DNA of 64,000 nt from Perkinsela sp. CCAP 1560/9 (Eukaryota > Protista > Euglenozoa: Kinetoplastea), in NCBI GenBank assembly GCA_965644495.1, contig CBFFSA010000006.1:620001-684000 (forward strand), written 5' to 3'. A program made the translations under genes and the position numbers. The stretch's first letter is position 1, and each line of letters begins with the position of its first letter. The notes beneath the pieces are model-generated. The model was given only the letters and a program-made list of their open reading frames with translations, was not told where the DNA came from and ran no database searches. This document shows positions 21,781 to 32,956 of this stretch, in pieces.

Positions 21781-23754
21781 ATGTTTCTGTCATCTCGTTG
21801 TCTCCCGAGCTTGATTTCATCGTTGCCACTTCACGTAATATATGAAATGGAATCGTGTAGTCAGATCATTCCGGAAATAATAAAACTTCCGAAAAGTACA
21901 GACACGAACCATTCGAGTTCTAGATTGCAGTTATCAGATTCTCTCCCAGACTTTACATCCATTCCTCATCTTTTTCGTTGGCTTCGTGAGCAATTTCTCA
22001 AAAAAGATTTTGAAGCCCCATGGCAAGCTGTCATGCAGAGTATATTCCGCCAGATAAGAAGATATGGTTGTGGAAATAGCTTGAAACACGTCAAGACTCT
22101 TCAAGATGGCAGACACATGTTGCGAACCGCAAATGAATTACAGAAAACCACTTTTTTGGGTCCTGCTGAGGTATTGACATACTCTTTGTCACAACTGCAC
22201 CGTCTGAATATGCCGAAATATGTGTTGTCGAACTTTGCCGAGCATATTCAACATTTTTTTTGGGAACATCCAACGTACCGAACGTACCTTCCTCTCTTGC
22301 GAGAGATACTAAAATTTGAATTTTCTCAACAAGATAATCACGTGCTTTGGGGAGATATAATCGATGACGTATGCAAAACCGTTTCTAGCTCCGCAGAGTC
22401 TACATGTCTAACTTTTTCCGAGGTACTTGAATATGCACAAGTTCTTGCTCGAATGGACATCAGGAATGATCTTCTTTGCTCTATCACCCAAAGGTTTGAA
22501 AATCTCTTGCCAAGGAACTCAATTTCTAACTCAAACATAAGACTATGCAAGGCTGATTTTGGCTGCTCAAATTATTTGTCGTCTTTGGGAGCAATAACAT
22601 CCGACCAAGTATGCGTTTCCACTGCAGAATTTATGATATTACTTCGAATTATTGACAATACTCCCGTCACTACTGAAAAACTCCCTATTTCTCCAGGAAA
22701 TTTGCGTGTGTTGCAAAGTTGTCGCCTTCGACTAACGTCCTATATCTACACATTTCTTCGCACAAGATTTCGAACAGAAACTTGGGCGTTACACAATATG
22801 ATGGAATTAGTGGTTTTAATGGCCAAGGTTCGGAGCCGCGCTTATTTTTCCCCACATGAAACACTGTTGTATTCTGTTATGCAGCGCATACGGCAAAAAA
22901 TATGCAACCCGGTACACACCTCACAATTTTCGGATGAACAGGTAAGTTATATTACTCCTGAAGTTTGGGCTCAAACTTATAGTGCAGCACAAGAATTTCA
23001 TCAGGTTGATATAGCGGATCATATTATTTCTTGTCGAATTTCGGAACACACATCTCGACTAGTGAATAACCGTGTGCTTGAAACGGTTCTTCGGTCACAT
23101 CTACAGGCATTGTATGAGTACAATCATAGCCCTAGTCGTACTTTACGTCTGCCTTCCACTTTCATAAATGACATACGTAAGACGTTGCAACACTGGGTGG
23201 ATTATGATCAACTGTGCGAATTAGCTTTCGACAGTTCAGAAAGTGATGTAAGGTGCAATGAAAAGTGGGCGGTGACATCGTTGGTTCTACCCCTACTATT
23301 ACAAAGCGGGAATCTTAATCGAACCTTATACAGCGATATTACGAGGCGGTTGCACTCTTTGTTAACATATGTAAGTTGTCATTCCGGTTGTGAAAAAGGC
23401 TCTTCAAATTCCGATAAATTTGCTTCCAAGACAATAGAAGAAAATATACTTACGAATTCTAGGCTTCTCTTATCGAACGAGGAGCTTGCTTTTTTTCTGC
23501 ACACAATTTTGCACTTTAATGAAGGAACAACTCCTGTTTTTTTGCATCAAAAACGAGAAGTTGTTTTGTCTTATCCTCAGCGTATGCTAGTGTCTCTTGT
23601 GTGCGATAAGCTCATAGAAAATAAATCTGAACGGCTTTCCAGCATGGCGAAAAGTGTATTGGTTAAATGCACAGAATCTTCTTGTCTCATTAACAAAAGA
23701 TTGGAAGCCTTGTTTATGAAACCCATTCGTCGCGCACTGAGAGTTAGTACATAA
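21781..23754 (+). CDS. Hypothetical helical protein, 657 aa
   Basis: Long + strand ORF; no motif recognised. Confidence 0.8.
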   Translation: MFLSSRCLPSLISSLPLHVIYEMESCSQIIPEIIKLPKSTDTNHSSSRLQLSDSLPDFTSIPHLFRWLREQFLKKDFEAPWQAVMQSIFRQIRRYGCGNSLKHVKTLQDGRHMLRTANELQKTTFLGPAEVLTYSLSQLHRLNMPKYVLSNFAEHIQHFFWEHPTYRTYLPLLREILKFEFSQQDNHVLWGDIIDDVCKTVSSSAESTCLTFSEVLEYAQVLARMDIRNDLLCSITQRFENLLPRNSISNSNIRLCKADFGCSNYLSSLGAITSDQVCVSTAEFMILLRIIDNTPVTTEKLPISPGNLRVLQSCRLRLTSYIYTFLRTRFRTETWALHNMMELVVLMAKVRSRAYFSPHETLLYSVMQRIRQKICNPVHTSQFSDEQVSYITPEVWAQTYSAAQEFHQVDIADHIISCRISEHTSRLVNNRVLETVLRSHLQALYEYNHSPSRTLRLPSTFINDIRKTLQHWVDYDQLCELAFDSSESDVRCNEKWAVTSLVLPLLLQSGNLNRTLYSDITRRLHSLLTYVSCHSGCEKGSSNSDKFASKTIEENILTNSRLLLSNEELAFFLHTILHFNEGTTPVFLHQKREVVLSYPQRMLVSLVCDKLIENKSERLSSMAKSVLVKCTESSCLINKRLEALFMKPIRRALRVST

Positions 23755-23999
23755 AAGTTATTTATGTGTACTTATGGGAGGGAGAGTATTTATTTTTTAT
23801 GCAAGGTCGGTTTAAGCCCGTTAAGTTGTAATTTCAATTTATTTTGTATTGGAAGAGGGACAAAGTGAGTACCTACAGGTGCTTAGAAGCATTCTGGTCT
23901 CACATTATACTATCGATATTGCGCATTTTTGATGCAAATGTGCATCTTATTGATGTATTTATATTGAGCATATTATTATTTTTTTGTGGAGTGAGTAAA

Positions 24000-26900
24000 A
24001 TGTCTGGAATTGGTGAACGCACTGAACTTCATCATGTTTATAAACAATGGAGTAACAGGCAGGAAGAACTTAACAATTATTTGACGTGTTTCGTTTCCGA
24101 CTTGCTACAAGAGGTAGCTTCGAACGCAGAAAATGAACTAGTTAATATAAAGTCTTGTGAAAAGAGAATAGAAGCCTCTGCAAGTGAGGTTTCAGAAATA
24201 ATTGAGTGGGCATTAGCTTCCGTTAAGGAAAAAAGAGCTGATCTAAAACCTGATAAAAGTCTTTCACCTATTGAGTCGCCCAGTAAGTCCAAACTACTAG
24301 AATCCGAAAATCCACAAGTACACTTTCTTGAGGCTCAATTGAACGCTTCGTCTAAACAGGCACATCTCGCTGAAAATCGTGTCAAGGAATTAAGTAAAAA
24401 AAATCAGAAAACAGAGGATTTTGCTCGTGCAGCTCTTCGTTTTATTTCTAGGCATTACCTTCCTCACCAAACAGCATCAGAACACACTGTCACTGACTCC
24501 GCTACTGATGTCGATTGTCTTGCCGATTCCTGGAATAAAGATTTGGACCTTGATTTTTTCAAACTTCCTGTTTCTGATGAACAGTTTGAATCTGATTCGA
24601 ACGTTGTATACGAGACACCATTTGACGTCGTGATGAGATTACTTGAGTTGCAGACAGAAAATGAAGGCGCTTATCGTGACTTGCGAAAGCTACGGGATGA
24701 ACTTGATGCCTCCAAATCGAAAAGCAACATGAAATCATCACCTGTTCAGTGTGAAATTGTCTCGACTAAAACAACTCCTTGTCTCGACTCAAAGCAAAAT
24801 CAATTGGTTGATTCGGGCCACTCAAGCCTTTCATTAAACGTGACGCATTTTGAAGCTCTGAAAAATGATGTACATGCTCTAACTTTTGAGAACCAAATAT
24901 TGCGTCAAGAAATAGCTATTCTGTTGAAGCCCAAAGACTCAATATTCGCAGAAGCTGCATTCTTGAAAGGGGGTACCCCTTCTTCTGAATGCATAAATGA
25001 CAACAATCTTGATGAGTCCTTATTGCGCCCGGCTCTCTCCGATAATATATCACATAGGGGTGGCCCTGATATTGATTCACTTGAGCCCTTTATTTATGAA
25101 AACATCAAGTCACTGGTCGATAAAAATGTCCACCTTTGTAAACAGGTTCGCATTTTGCTACAACAAAACGAAGCTTTGAATATGAAAACGGGAAAACATT
25201 TGGCATCAAATGTAGCAGTAGAGAGGGATGAATGTGCTGACGTAACCAATCACAAGGACATTGCCACTTTCTCATCAGCATTCATTTCGGTTCCTATTCA
25301 AGAAAAAAGTACTATCCAGCCAACCTGTGATTTTCCGAACGATTTGGTAACTTCGCCACTTGTCTTTTACAATGCGGACAAATGTACGCCTTCCGCTGAC
25401 AGAAATAATACAGCCTTGGAATTAAGTGAGCAAGCCTTGGGCACAAACAGAAAAACTTACTCTAATGATAGCGCAGTACAATGTAACATTGATCATGAAC
25501 AGCTTGAAAACAGCATTTGTGTTCTAAATCAAATTGTTGACACTATCCGCAGCTGTGAACGTCCCGAAATCAAGACTGCAAGTGGCATTATACCTATTAA
25601 TTTTTCAGAAGAATGCGAAGCAAGAAATCCATATCTCGTGCATCAGGACAAAGTAACATCATTTTACATGTACGTTAAGGATGGCTTTTTCGAAATACTT
25701 AACAAGTACGAACAAGAAGCTGCTCGCCATGTTGAATCAAGAAAGCAGTTAAACTCTTTGCAGCGAGAATTACATGCTCTGAGAACTTGCGACACAGAAT
25801 TTGGCTCTTTGTTTCAGTCTATTGAAAATGCCGGGAGAGTAATAAGATTCATCGAAACAACAATACATCAGATAAAAGAAACCTTTAGCGAACTGCAAGG
25901 AATGAATAATAATCTGATCGAGTCCAAACAACAAGCTCGAGGTACCTGTGCTCTTCTTGATCAGTTTTCGAAATTATGTTCGGAATGGAATGGTGTTAAT
26001 AAAGCTTTATGTTCCTACGAAAAGGTCTTGTTGCAGAACCTAGGTGATGCCGAAGAGGCGTCACACATATGGAAAGAACAATATGAATTGCTACTTCGAG
26101 ACCAAAACACTATCAGGGAAGAAAAGCAAGAGTTGCAGCAAATTCTTTTTCGGGAGAGGAAGAAATTTATAGATACAATGGAATCTGCATGGCAGGCAGA
26201 AGAAACGGCCCAGCGGCTATCGCGGGCAAACGCTGTGTTGCAGAGTACTATAGGAGATCACGTTTCTCGTGCAAACTACGAAGCTACTTTGAGCGAACTT
26301 CAAGCATACGAAAGTCGATTCATAACTCTTCAAAATTCTCATAATGAGCTGAAAAAGGAGTTTGAATCAATTGAATGCGAGCGAACTGAAGTATTAACTA
26401 TGGTTGCTGTTGCAGAAAAGAAAGAAGAAATACATATTGCTTTTCAAAGGAAATTTCATGAACTAAGTTACGAACTTCGAACACAGAAAAGAAAATTCTT
26501 AAAAGCTGAAAGGCGCTTGTGGGGTACGCATCGCCGTCTTTGTGCTCTCAAACAAGTCTTGTTAGATCGCGAAAACGCTAGCGTGGGTTCCCAAGCTAAA
26601 ATCGAAGAGTTAACAAATATCATTGTTGACAGACAAGTTGAAAAAGGAATATTTGCATTTACCTCCGATGATATTGTGCAAAAACTTAAATCTCGCATTC
26701 AGTTATTAGCTAGTACCAGAGAAGAGTGTATTCGCGATCGTGATTCGCTTCAGCTTCAGCTAAATGAATATCGATCCAAATTTATAGAGATCATCACAGT
26801 TTTACAAGAAGAAAAGTCGAAATCTCTACTCATGCATCTCAGCCATCTAGTTGATAATGAAATTAGCGCTTCACCCTTACGTGATCAGGGAGGCGTAGAA

Positions 26901-27572
26901 AATTCAGGTAAATTGCTCCCTAGTGTAGATCAGACAGAGGCACAAAAAAAATTCGAAGCACTGGAACACGAACTTATGAACGCCAAGCACTTGAATGAAA
27001 CGTATGAAACCAAGCTTCAAATTCTTTCTAAAGCTGACGATACAGTAGAAGCCCGCGCATGCGGTCTTTCACTTGTCGATTATTTGAGAGGCGAAGTGAG
27101 ACATGTTCGAGAAACTTGCGACGTCCTCATTAAAGAAAAGAACTCCATAATAGAAGAGTTACATACCGCACAAAGTAGGCTTAATGAGGAAAGTCTGAAA
27201 CTTGCAGCAATCAAAAATAAATACGAGTATAAGGATCGTGCATTCGCAGATGCTTTTGATCTGAGAAAGGGGGAATTAGCTTCAAAAGACACGATAATCA
27301 TGAAACTTGAGATTCGCATAAAAGATTTGGAAAATTCTGTTAAAGAACTTGGCATGGAAAAATTGGACACAAAAGCGTTATGTGAACGTCAACGATGTGA
27401 ATTAGTAGCGAGCGAATCCGACAAAGCACAACTCAGCGTTTCGTATGATGCACTTCAAAAAGAAAACTACCTTTTGAGAACTACGAATGACGATATTGCT
27501 TTCAAGTTAAAGTCGCTAGAGGAACAACCCATTCTAGTTGCATCCAACGCATTTGGTGCTGGTGGACTATAA
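24000..27572 (+). CDS. Long coiled-coil protein, TPR/MLP1 (Nup110-like) nuclear basket candidate
   Basis: Extensive heptads; FIYENIKSLVDKNVHLCKQVRIL resembles the TPR/Mlp motif F.NI.EL..QN..LL..VR.L; ATG at 24000. Confidence 0.6.
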   Translation: MSGIGERTELHHVYKQWSNRQEELNNYLTCFVSDLLQEVASNAENELVNIKSCEKRIEASASEVSEIIEWALASVKEKRADLKPDKSLSPIESPSKSKLLESENPQVHFLEAQLNASSKQAHLAENRVKELSKKNQKTEDFARAALRFISRHYLPHQTASEHTVTDSATDVDCLADSWNKDLDLDFFKLPVSDEQFESDSNVVYETPFDVVMRLLELQTENEGAYRDLRKLRDELDASKSKSNMKSSPVQCEIVSTKTTPCLDSKQNQLVDSGHSSLSLNVTHFEALKNDVHALTFENQILRQEIAILLKPKDSIFAEAAFLKGGTPSSECINDNNLDESLLRPALSDNISHRGGPDIDSLEPFIYENIKSLVDKNVHLCKQVRILLQQNEALNMKTGKHLASNVAVERDECADVTNHKDIATFSSAFISVPIQEKSTIQPTCDFPNDLVTSPLVFYNADKCTPSADRNNTALELSEQALGTNRKTYSNDSAVQCNIDHEQLENSICVLNQIVDTIRSCERPEIKTASGIIPINFSEECEARNPYLVHQDKVTSFYMYVKDGFFEILNKYEQEAARHVESRKQLNSLQRELHALRTCDTEFGSLFQSIENAGRVIRFIETTIHQIKETFSELQGMNNNLIESKQQARGTCALLDQFSKLCSEWNGVNKALCSYEKVLLQNLGDAEEASHIWKEQYELLLRDQNTIREEKQELQQILFRERKKFIDTMESAWQAEETAQRLSRANAVLQSTIGDHVSRANYEATLSELQAYESRFITLQNSHNELKKEFESIECERTEVLTMVAVAEKKEEIHIAFQRKFHELSYELRTQKRKFLKAERRLWGTHRRLCALKQVLLDRENASVGSQAKIEELTNIIVDRQVEKGIFAFTSDDIVQKLKSRIQLLASTREECIRDRDSLQLQLNEYRSKFIEIITVLQEEKSKSLLMHLSHLVDNEISASPLRDQGGVENSGKLLPSVDQTEAQKKFEALEHELMNAKHLNETYETKLQILSKADDTVEARACGLSLVDYLRGEVRHVRETCDVLIKEKNSIIEELHTAQSRLNEESLKLAAIKNKYEYKDRAFADAFDLRKGELASKDTIIMKLEIRIKDLENSVKELGMEKLDTKALCERQRCELVASESDKAQLSVSYDALQKENYLLRTTNDDIAFKLKSLEEQPILVASNAFGAGGL

Positions 27573-29069
27573 ATTGTCGGTCAAAATTCGCCGTTAAATC
27601 TTTCTAAACTACCCCCCGCACCCTTTAGTTACGTAGAATTGTGGTAACTGCTAATTTTGGTTATACAAGGTGTAAGTGTCACTTAGTCAGTCACACAGTA
27701 AGGTGAATAACAGAAAGGTGAGTCACACAGTGAGGTATCACTTAGTGATACCAATTCTTCCGACTGACTTAAAACGATTTTTATAATATTTGAATAAATC
27801 CTAACAATTTGTTGAAGTCCTCTATATGGAGGAACTGTTACAAAAAGAAAGGAATTAATATCATTCTTGAGGATTATCACTATCATTATTAATGACAGGG
27901 GGAGTACAGTGCGCCCAATTGGTAGAGTCCCAAAAAACGGTTTTTCCAAATGGTAAATTTAATATATATATTTTATATTTAATGGTAAAAGTCTTTTTAG
28001 TAGTTACCTAAAATCGGTGGTAACTACTAAAAAACAACTTTACTATCTAGGCGCACTGTACCTCAAAATCGATTTTGTCTTTTTTTTCTTCACCCCAGCT
28101 TCATATTCGGTATCTTTGCAACGTTTTTTCACCCATTTTTGAGTGCTTTTGTTTACCTAGTTTATCCTCAACACCAAAGGTCCGATTTCTTAAAAGTCTC
28201 TTTTTTCGAAATTTGGGCAAAGTATTCGTTGTCATGAATCTGACCCTCGAAAGATCCACTCTAGACCAAAGGGCAACCGTCCATCATTAGAAGAATTTGG
28301 AACGTCCAATTCTTTGCGGCTTCTTTCGCGTTATGTAATTCACTGGACCCGCGGCGGTACATAGGCTGAACAAATGTTTTTCCATATGGAGTAGTTGTAT
28401 ATGGAGTGATGAATAATGCCCCCCCCACATAAGAAATGTGAACAGTTGCTTCTTGCTCATGGGTCAGATTCAGATGGAGCATCGCCAGAGCACAGAACAC
28501 GTCAAGTGTTAAGCCTTTTAAAGAAATGCCCAGCTTGATAACCTCATCAGAAGAATACCCGGTCAACGCGTGTGAAACGTCTTTCGAGGGAGAAGTATCA
28601 TGGCGAGAAGTTGAAAATGGGAAAAGTAGGTTTGTTGTCATGCAAAAGTTGTAGCGCCTTGATTACTACTAAAAGACTTAGGGGGCCGAACCTGAGTAAA
28701 GCAAATTCAGGCAACTTCTGTGGCGCCTTATTGGGTACTGGTGAGGAATACACTCGGTGAATTTTAGGTGCTTCCTATCTACTCGAGAACTCGGGAATCA
28801 CTTTCACTCAGCTCTTTGATAGAGTCCATGTAAAATTGGGGGCGATATAATATTGGGGGTCAGCTCATACACTCAGCGTTCCACAGCAGACCAAAGAAGT
28901 AACGTACTACTTCTTTTGTCAGTATTCCGGCACCCTAAAATTCAACAAGTGGTAATTTTTTGTCATTTATTTTTTTTCATTTTTGAAGAGAATATACAGG
29001 GGGGATCACAAATATCGGGACCCGCCATTTTTGTGCGATGTGCCCGTTTCACCTGATTTTTGTTGCAAA

Positions 29070-29651
29070 GGACCCCCTGCAACTTGGCGTCCTTTTTGGG
29101 TCCACTCGGGGTCACGGTGGGTCACTAGGGGCCATGGTTGGGCACTGCTACTGGTCCTTGTTGATCATTTTGTATGTATGTAATTATTATGATGGGAAAA
29201 ATGTATTGTCCTCGCTGCAAGGTGGACCGCCACAAGTCTTTGGGGAACCTATAAGGTGTGTAATGTGTGCATGCACCATTGAAAGTGATGCAAAAGATCC
29301 TTGCATCCAATGTCAAAGGGTCTCTGTAATCATAGGTACGAACTTCTGTCCTCTATGTAATGCTCCACGGGACTCTGAACAACTTCTGCCCAGTACCATC
29401 GACCATCTTCACGCTCGTGAGCTTCGAGGGAAGCACAATTTACTCTCTTTTACACTTTCATAGCTTTTACACTTTCATAGTTTTTTAGGTCATGTTTTCA
29501 TAAAATCCTTCATGAATTCCTTAGTGTGGTATTATCAATGCCTAGCATCTGTCCCTCGCCGGAGGCATTTCTCGCCGGTTTTTGGGGCCACTTGGGGCCA
29601 CCAAGGCCCACTAGGGGCCACACTGGGCCACTCGGGCCCTGCATTGGGTCC
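29070..29651. mobile_element. Nested ~580-bp MITE inside the left TIR of the Tc1 element
   Basis: AAA|GGACCCCCTGCA…TGCATTGGGTCC|AAA (10/12 TIR, 3-bp duplication); subterminal ggggccac-type repeats at both ends; removing it restores the TIR. Confidence 0.75.
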
Positions 29652-29899
29652 AAAGGAGAGATCTCGACGCGAATATGATCGGAACGATATTTTGCGCCTA
29701 TTTAAACACACCTAAAAAGTAGGGTGTGCACGACGATTTTTTTCAAAAATTGCACATTTGAAAATGTGGATAAAAAAGTCTTAAAAAGCAATAAAAAAGT
29801 TATTTAGTACGAAATAACCCCCCGTTCGTAACTCTTCTAACCGTTTTGGGAGGCCCTTCAGAGTCTTTTCTAGGATATCCCGCTTTTCGGTTAGGAGAT

Positions 29900-30802
29900 A
29901 TTCAATAGCCTTGGTATGGCTTCTCGCAATTCATGCCTATTCTTCGGACACAAAGAACTATGAATGTAGTCATCCATGATAGACCACAAGTTTTCTATCA
30001 AGTTTAAGTCAGGTTACTTTGAGTGTCAATCAATTATGTTTAGGCCTGCTTGCAATCCCGCACGACGGGCTTGCCCATGACCCGGTGCATTGTCAAGAAC
30101 AATGATGGAACATGGTCGGCGCCGAACCCAATTAAAAAAGCCGCTCCTTTTACTCATGACCTTGAAAAAAGAGTCATTACTTACGGTGTCGTGCTCCCCA
30201 AACTCGTGAAAACAATGAGGTTGTGGTATACCCCATTTAAGGCTGACACCCATCCATACAAGGACACCCTTCCCCCCATACCAACGATCAGTTTGGGGTG
30301 GTGGTTCACGATCGGGATCGTCCTTATGGGCGAGGTAGGTAATTTTCTTACAGTGTGTACTGCAACGAAAAAGTTTTTCGTCTGTCCAGATGACATTCTG
30401 AAGCTGACTCTCTGCCAGTCCTTCAAAATATTCTGCAAGACGCAGACGGTTTTCCTTATGTAAAAGCTTTCGAACCATCGTCTTCATGATGTACCCCATC
30501 TTTTTCAAGGCTCGTTTCACAGTCATGAGACTGCAGGGGTAGAGGTTTCGATCAAGTCTTTTGTAAACCCATTTAAATCCCGGACACCCATACGGGTTAC
30601 TACGTTCACTCTCTACAAGAGTAACAAGCGTTTGCTTAAACTCGTCTGTGATAACCGTTGGACTACGTACGTAGTTTTTCCGTGGCACATCACCTGTTTT
30701 GGCAATTCGCTCAACATAGCGATGAGCACTGCTCTTTCCGCAATTCATCATACATGCTGTTTCCCTCATAGATTTTCCCTGATGCACTTCGTGCGCGCTC
30801 AC
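29900..30802 (-). pseudogene. Tc1-like DDE transposase (premature stops near C-terminus)
   Basis: N-terminal HTH, VIWTDEKLF, VLVWMGVS, VLDNAPGH, then *HSK*PDLNLIENLWS. Confidence 0.9.
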
Positions 30803-31375
30803 AATCCGTGTGCCGTAGGATGCATGCTCGGGGGATACATGACGGAAGTTTAATCTACAATGATTTATAAAAATTTAATAAAATGATTTATGTCATTTTC
30901 CCATTTGGAACTTAATAAAAGAGAATTATATCCTTTAATAGACAATTTTAACGGGATTTGCACAATTTTTACATACATTTGCATATTTTTTGGAGGTTTT
31001 TTTATATTTTTTTACCATTTTTTACAAGTGTGTTTAACTAGGCGCAAAGTGTCGTTCCGATCATATTCGCGTCGAGATCTCCCTTTTGCAACAAAAATCA
31101 GGTGAAACGGACCCACGGCCCAAAAATGGGAGGTGTCCCGATATTGGTGATCCCCCCTGTATAGTTTCAACATTTCTAAAACACATTTCAACACATTTCT
31201 AGAACAATAGGCAGTTACCACGTTCACAAATGTCATGCACATGCATTGTTTCATAACACTTTAGAGTATCTATTGAAAGTTCCCGTGCAGTGAATTCAGA
31301 TTTCAAGACAACCGGATGTTTTTCATCAACATGAAGTTCATCAAAACAAAATAAATGTGCTAGCATCTGTTTCCT

Positions 31376-31707
31376 CTACGGTCGTCTGGGCACGTACATT
31401 GGGTTCCCCCAGTGCCAATATACACTGTAACGGCGATCTGTGTCTCGCAATGAGAAGCCAGATACGGATTTCATCAACGATACCGCTTTTGGTGACAAAA
31501 AGGGACCAAATTCTGGCACTTTTAAACGACACTTAGGCGCGTCCTCAAGTTCTTTGAAACAAGTTCGTTTCCGAAGTCGCTCTCCACAGCGAAAACAAGG
31601 AGTGTACGCCTCGAAGAATGATTTTTCATCCATAGAACAACATTTTCAGTAGTTTTCAGCAGGATCGAAGTCACCAATATTATTCAGGCTAATGGTGTGC
31701 ACCCTAG
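31376..31707 (-). pseudogene. Decayed copy 1 of an unidentified Cys-motif ORF family
   Basis: Translates LGCTPLA*IILVTSILLKTTENVVLWMKNH / PCFRCGERLRK…KVPEFGP; homologous to 48740-49067 and 49740-50020. Confidence 0.6.
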
Positions 31708-31964
31708 ATAGCCCATATAGACGAAATCAATGCGGAAATACAACAGGAGCGTACCAGATGTACGCATAATTACGAAAAACAATTATAAACAAAATCTCAA
31801 AAAAAATAGGGTCAATTTAGAGTACATTTTTGCCGGATAATAGCCCTTCCTCTTTTATGCCGTATTACTTCTTTTTTTATTACGCTGAAAGAATTGTTGC
31901 ATCAATTGGGTAATGAAGCGTTCCTCTCTGTCTCTAATTCGACGAAATTTCATATCAAAATGCT

Positions 31965-32050
31965 ACTTTGCGCAAAAATACTTTACTTTGTGCAGAAGTG
32001 CTTTACTTTGTGCAGAAGTTCTTTACTTTGTGCAGAAGTGCTTAACTTTC
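31965..32050. repeat. 20-bp tandem minisatellite (~4 copies)
   Basis: ctttactttgtgcagaagt(g/t) repeated. Confidence 0.85.
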
Positions 32051-32258
32051 CCTCATGCTATTCCTCAGCATATAGGGGTACAAACTGCGTTATCAAATTC
32101 AAAAAATGAACCTGAATATTGAATTTTAGACCTTCAACCGGCTTTGAAAAACAAACCGCTGTTTCGCGGTGTTTCGCGCTGTTTCACAAACTTAACCCGC
32201 AGCCCCTCACATGTATCAACATCAAAGTACGTCCTTATGTCATAAGGACTCATAATTT

Positions 32259-32948
32259 AGGCTCTTCGTTAAACGCGGCGGTTGTTTTCAACTTAGAAGT
32301 CACTCATGCTGCGCGCTTCGCGTTGAAAACTACAACCGCGTTTAACGAAGAGCTTAAAAAAGAAAAATCTCCGAAAGATCATGAATAATCTCCTTTTTCG
32401 GGGGTAAATGCTCGATTTTTCGGCAACAATTGCGAAATTTTACACCGAATTTGGGCTGTTTTGGATGACTTACCAGTAGGGGCAGGAGTCGAATCTGTCG
32501 ACAAAAACGTCGTAGAATCGTAGCTGAGGTCCGAAACTCCTAAAACACGTTTTAGGAGTCGATTTTGGAAAAATAAGATTTTTACTTTTTTTTGGGTCTA
32601 AAAAAAGAATTTTTTTGGTCACCCCAAAAATTTCGGAAATTTTGACCTTGTCGGACCCCTCCCGCGCGTACCAGGGGGGGGTGGAAAATTATCGCCGCGG
32701 TATACTCTACCACTTCCCTACGCTCGATTTTGAAAAGCAAAAAATTCGAAAAAAAAATCGCGACGTATGCCCCTCCCCCCTGGATCCCCCATTTTTTCGA
32801 ATTTTTTTTTCTGTTTTGGACCACCGGGGCCCCCTTTTATATTTTTTTCTTCTATTATATTACTGTGTTCCTCTTTATTTTTTCACTGTTTTTGATCACT
32901 TTTTTTTCAATAATCGAGGGTAGAGAGGTAGTTATAGAACCACCGCAA
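32259..32948 (+). repeat. Terminal-hairpin repeat family, copy A (left arm of the 1.6-kb foldback)
   Basis: ~95-bp hairpin at 32259-32354, then body ending …aaccaccgcaa; homologous to 45525-46432 and 62681-63157. Confidence 0.85.
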
Positions 32949-32956
32949 TAAGCATA

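Larger units (their letters stand above)
28997..31159 (-). mobile_element. Tc1/mariner (IS630-Tc1) DNA transposon with long TIRs and TA target duplication
   Basis: TA|CAGGGGGGATCAC…GTGATCCCCCCTG|TA; ~140-bp imperfect TIRs (left TIR split by a nested insertion); internal transposase. Confidence 0.92.

Noticed and set aside
28261-28641. Minus-strand 126-aa ORF as a Merlin/ISXO2 transposase
   Set aside because: No convincing DDE motifs could be read; left unannotated
29038-29463. Cys-rich 141-aa ORF as a real gene
   Set aside because: Starts inside a TIR and crosses a nested-insertion junction; CxxC pairs are suggestive but unsupported
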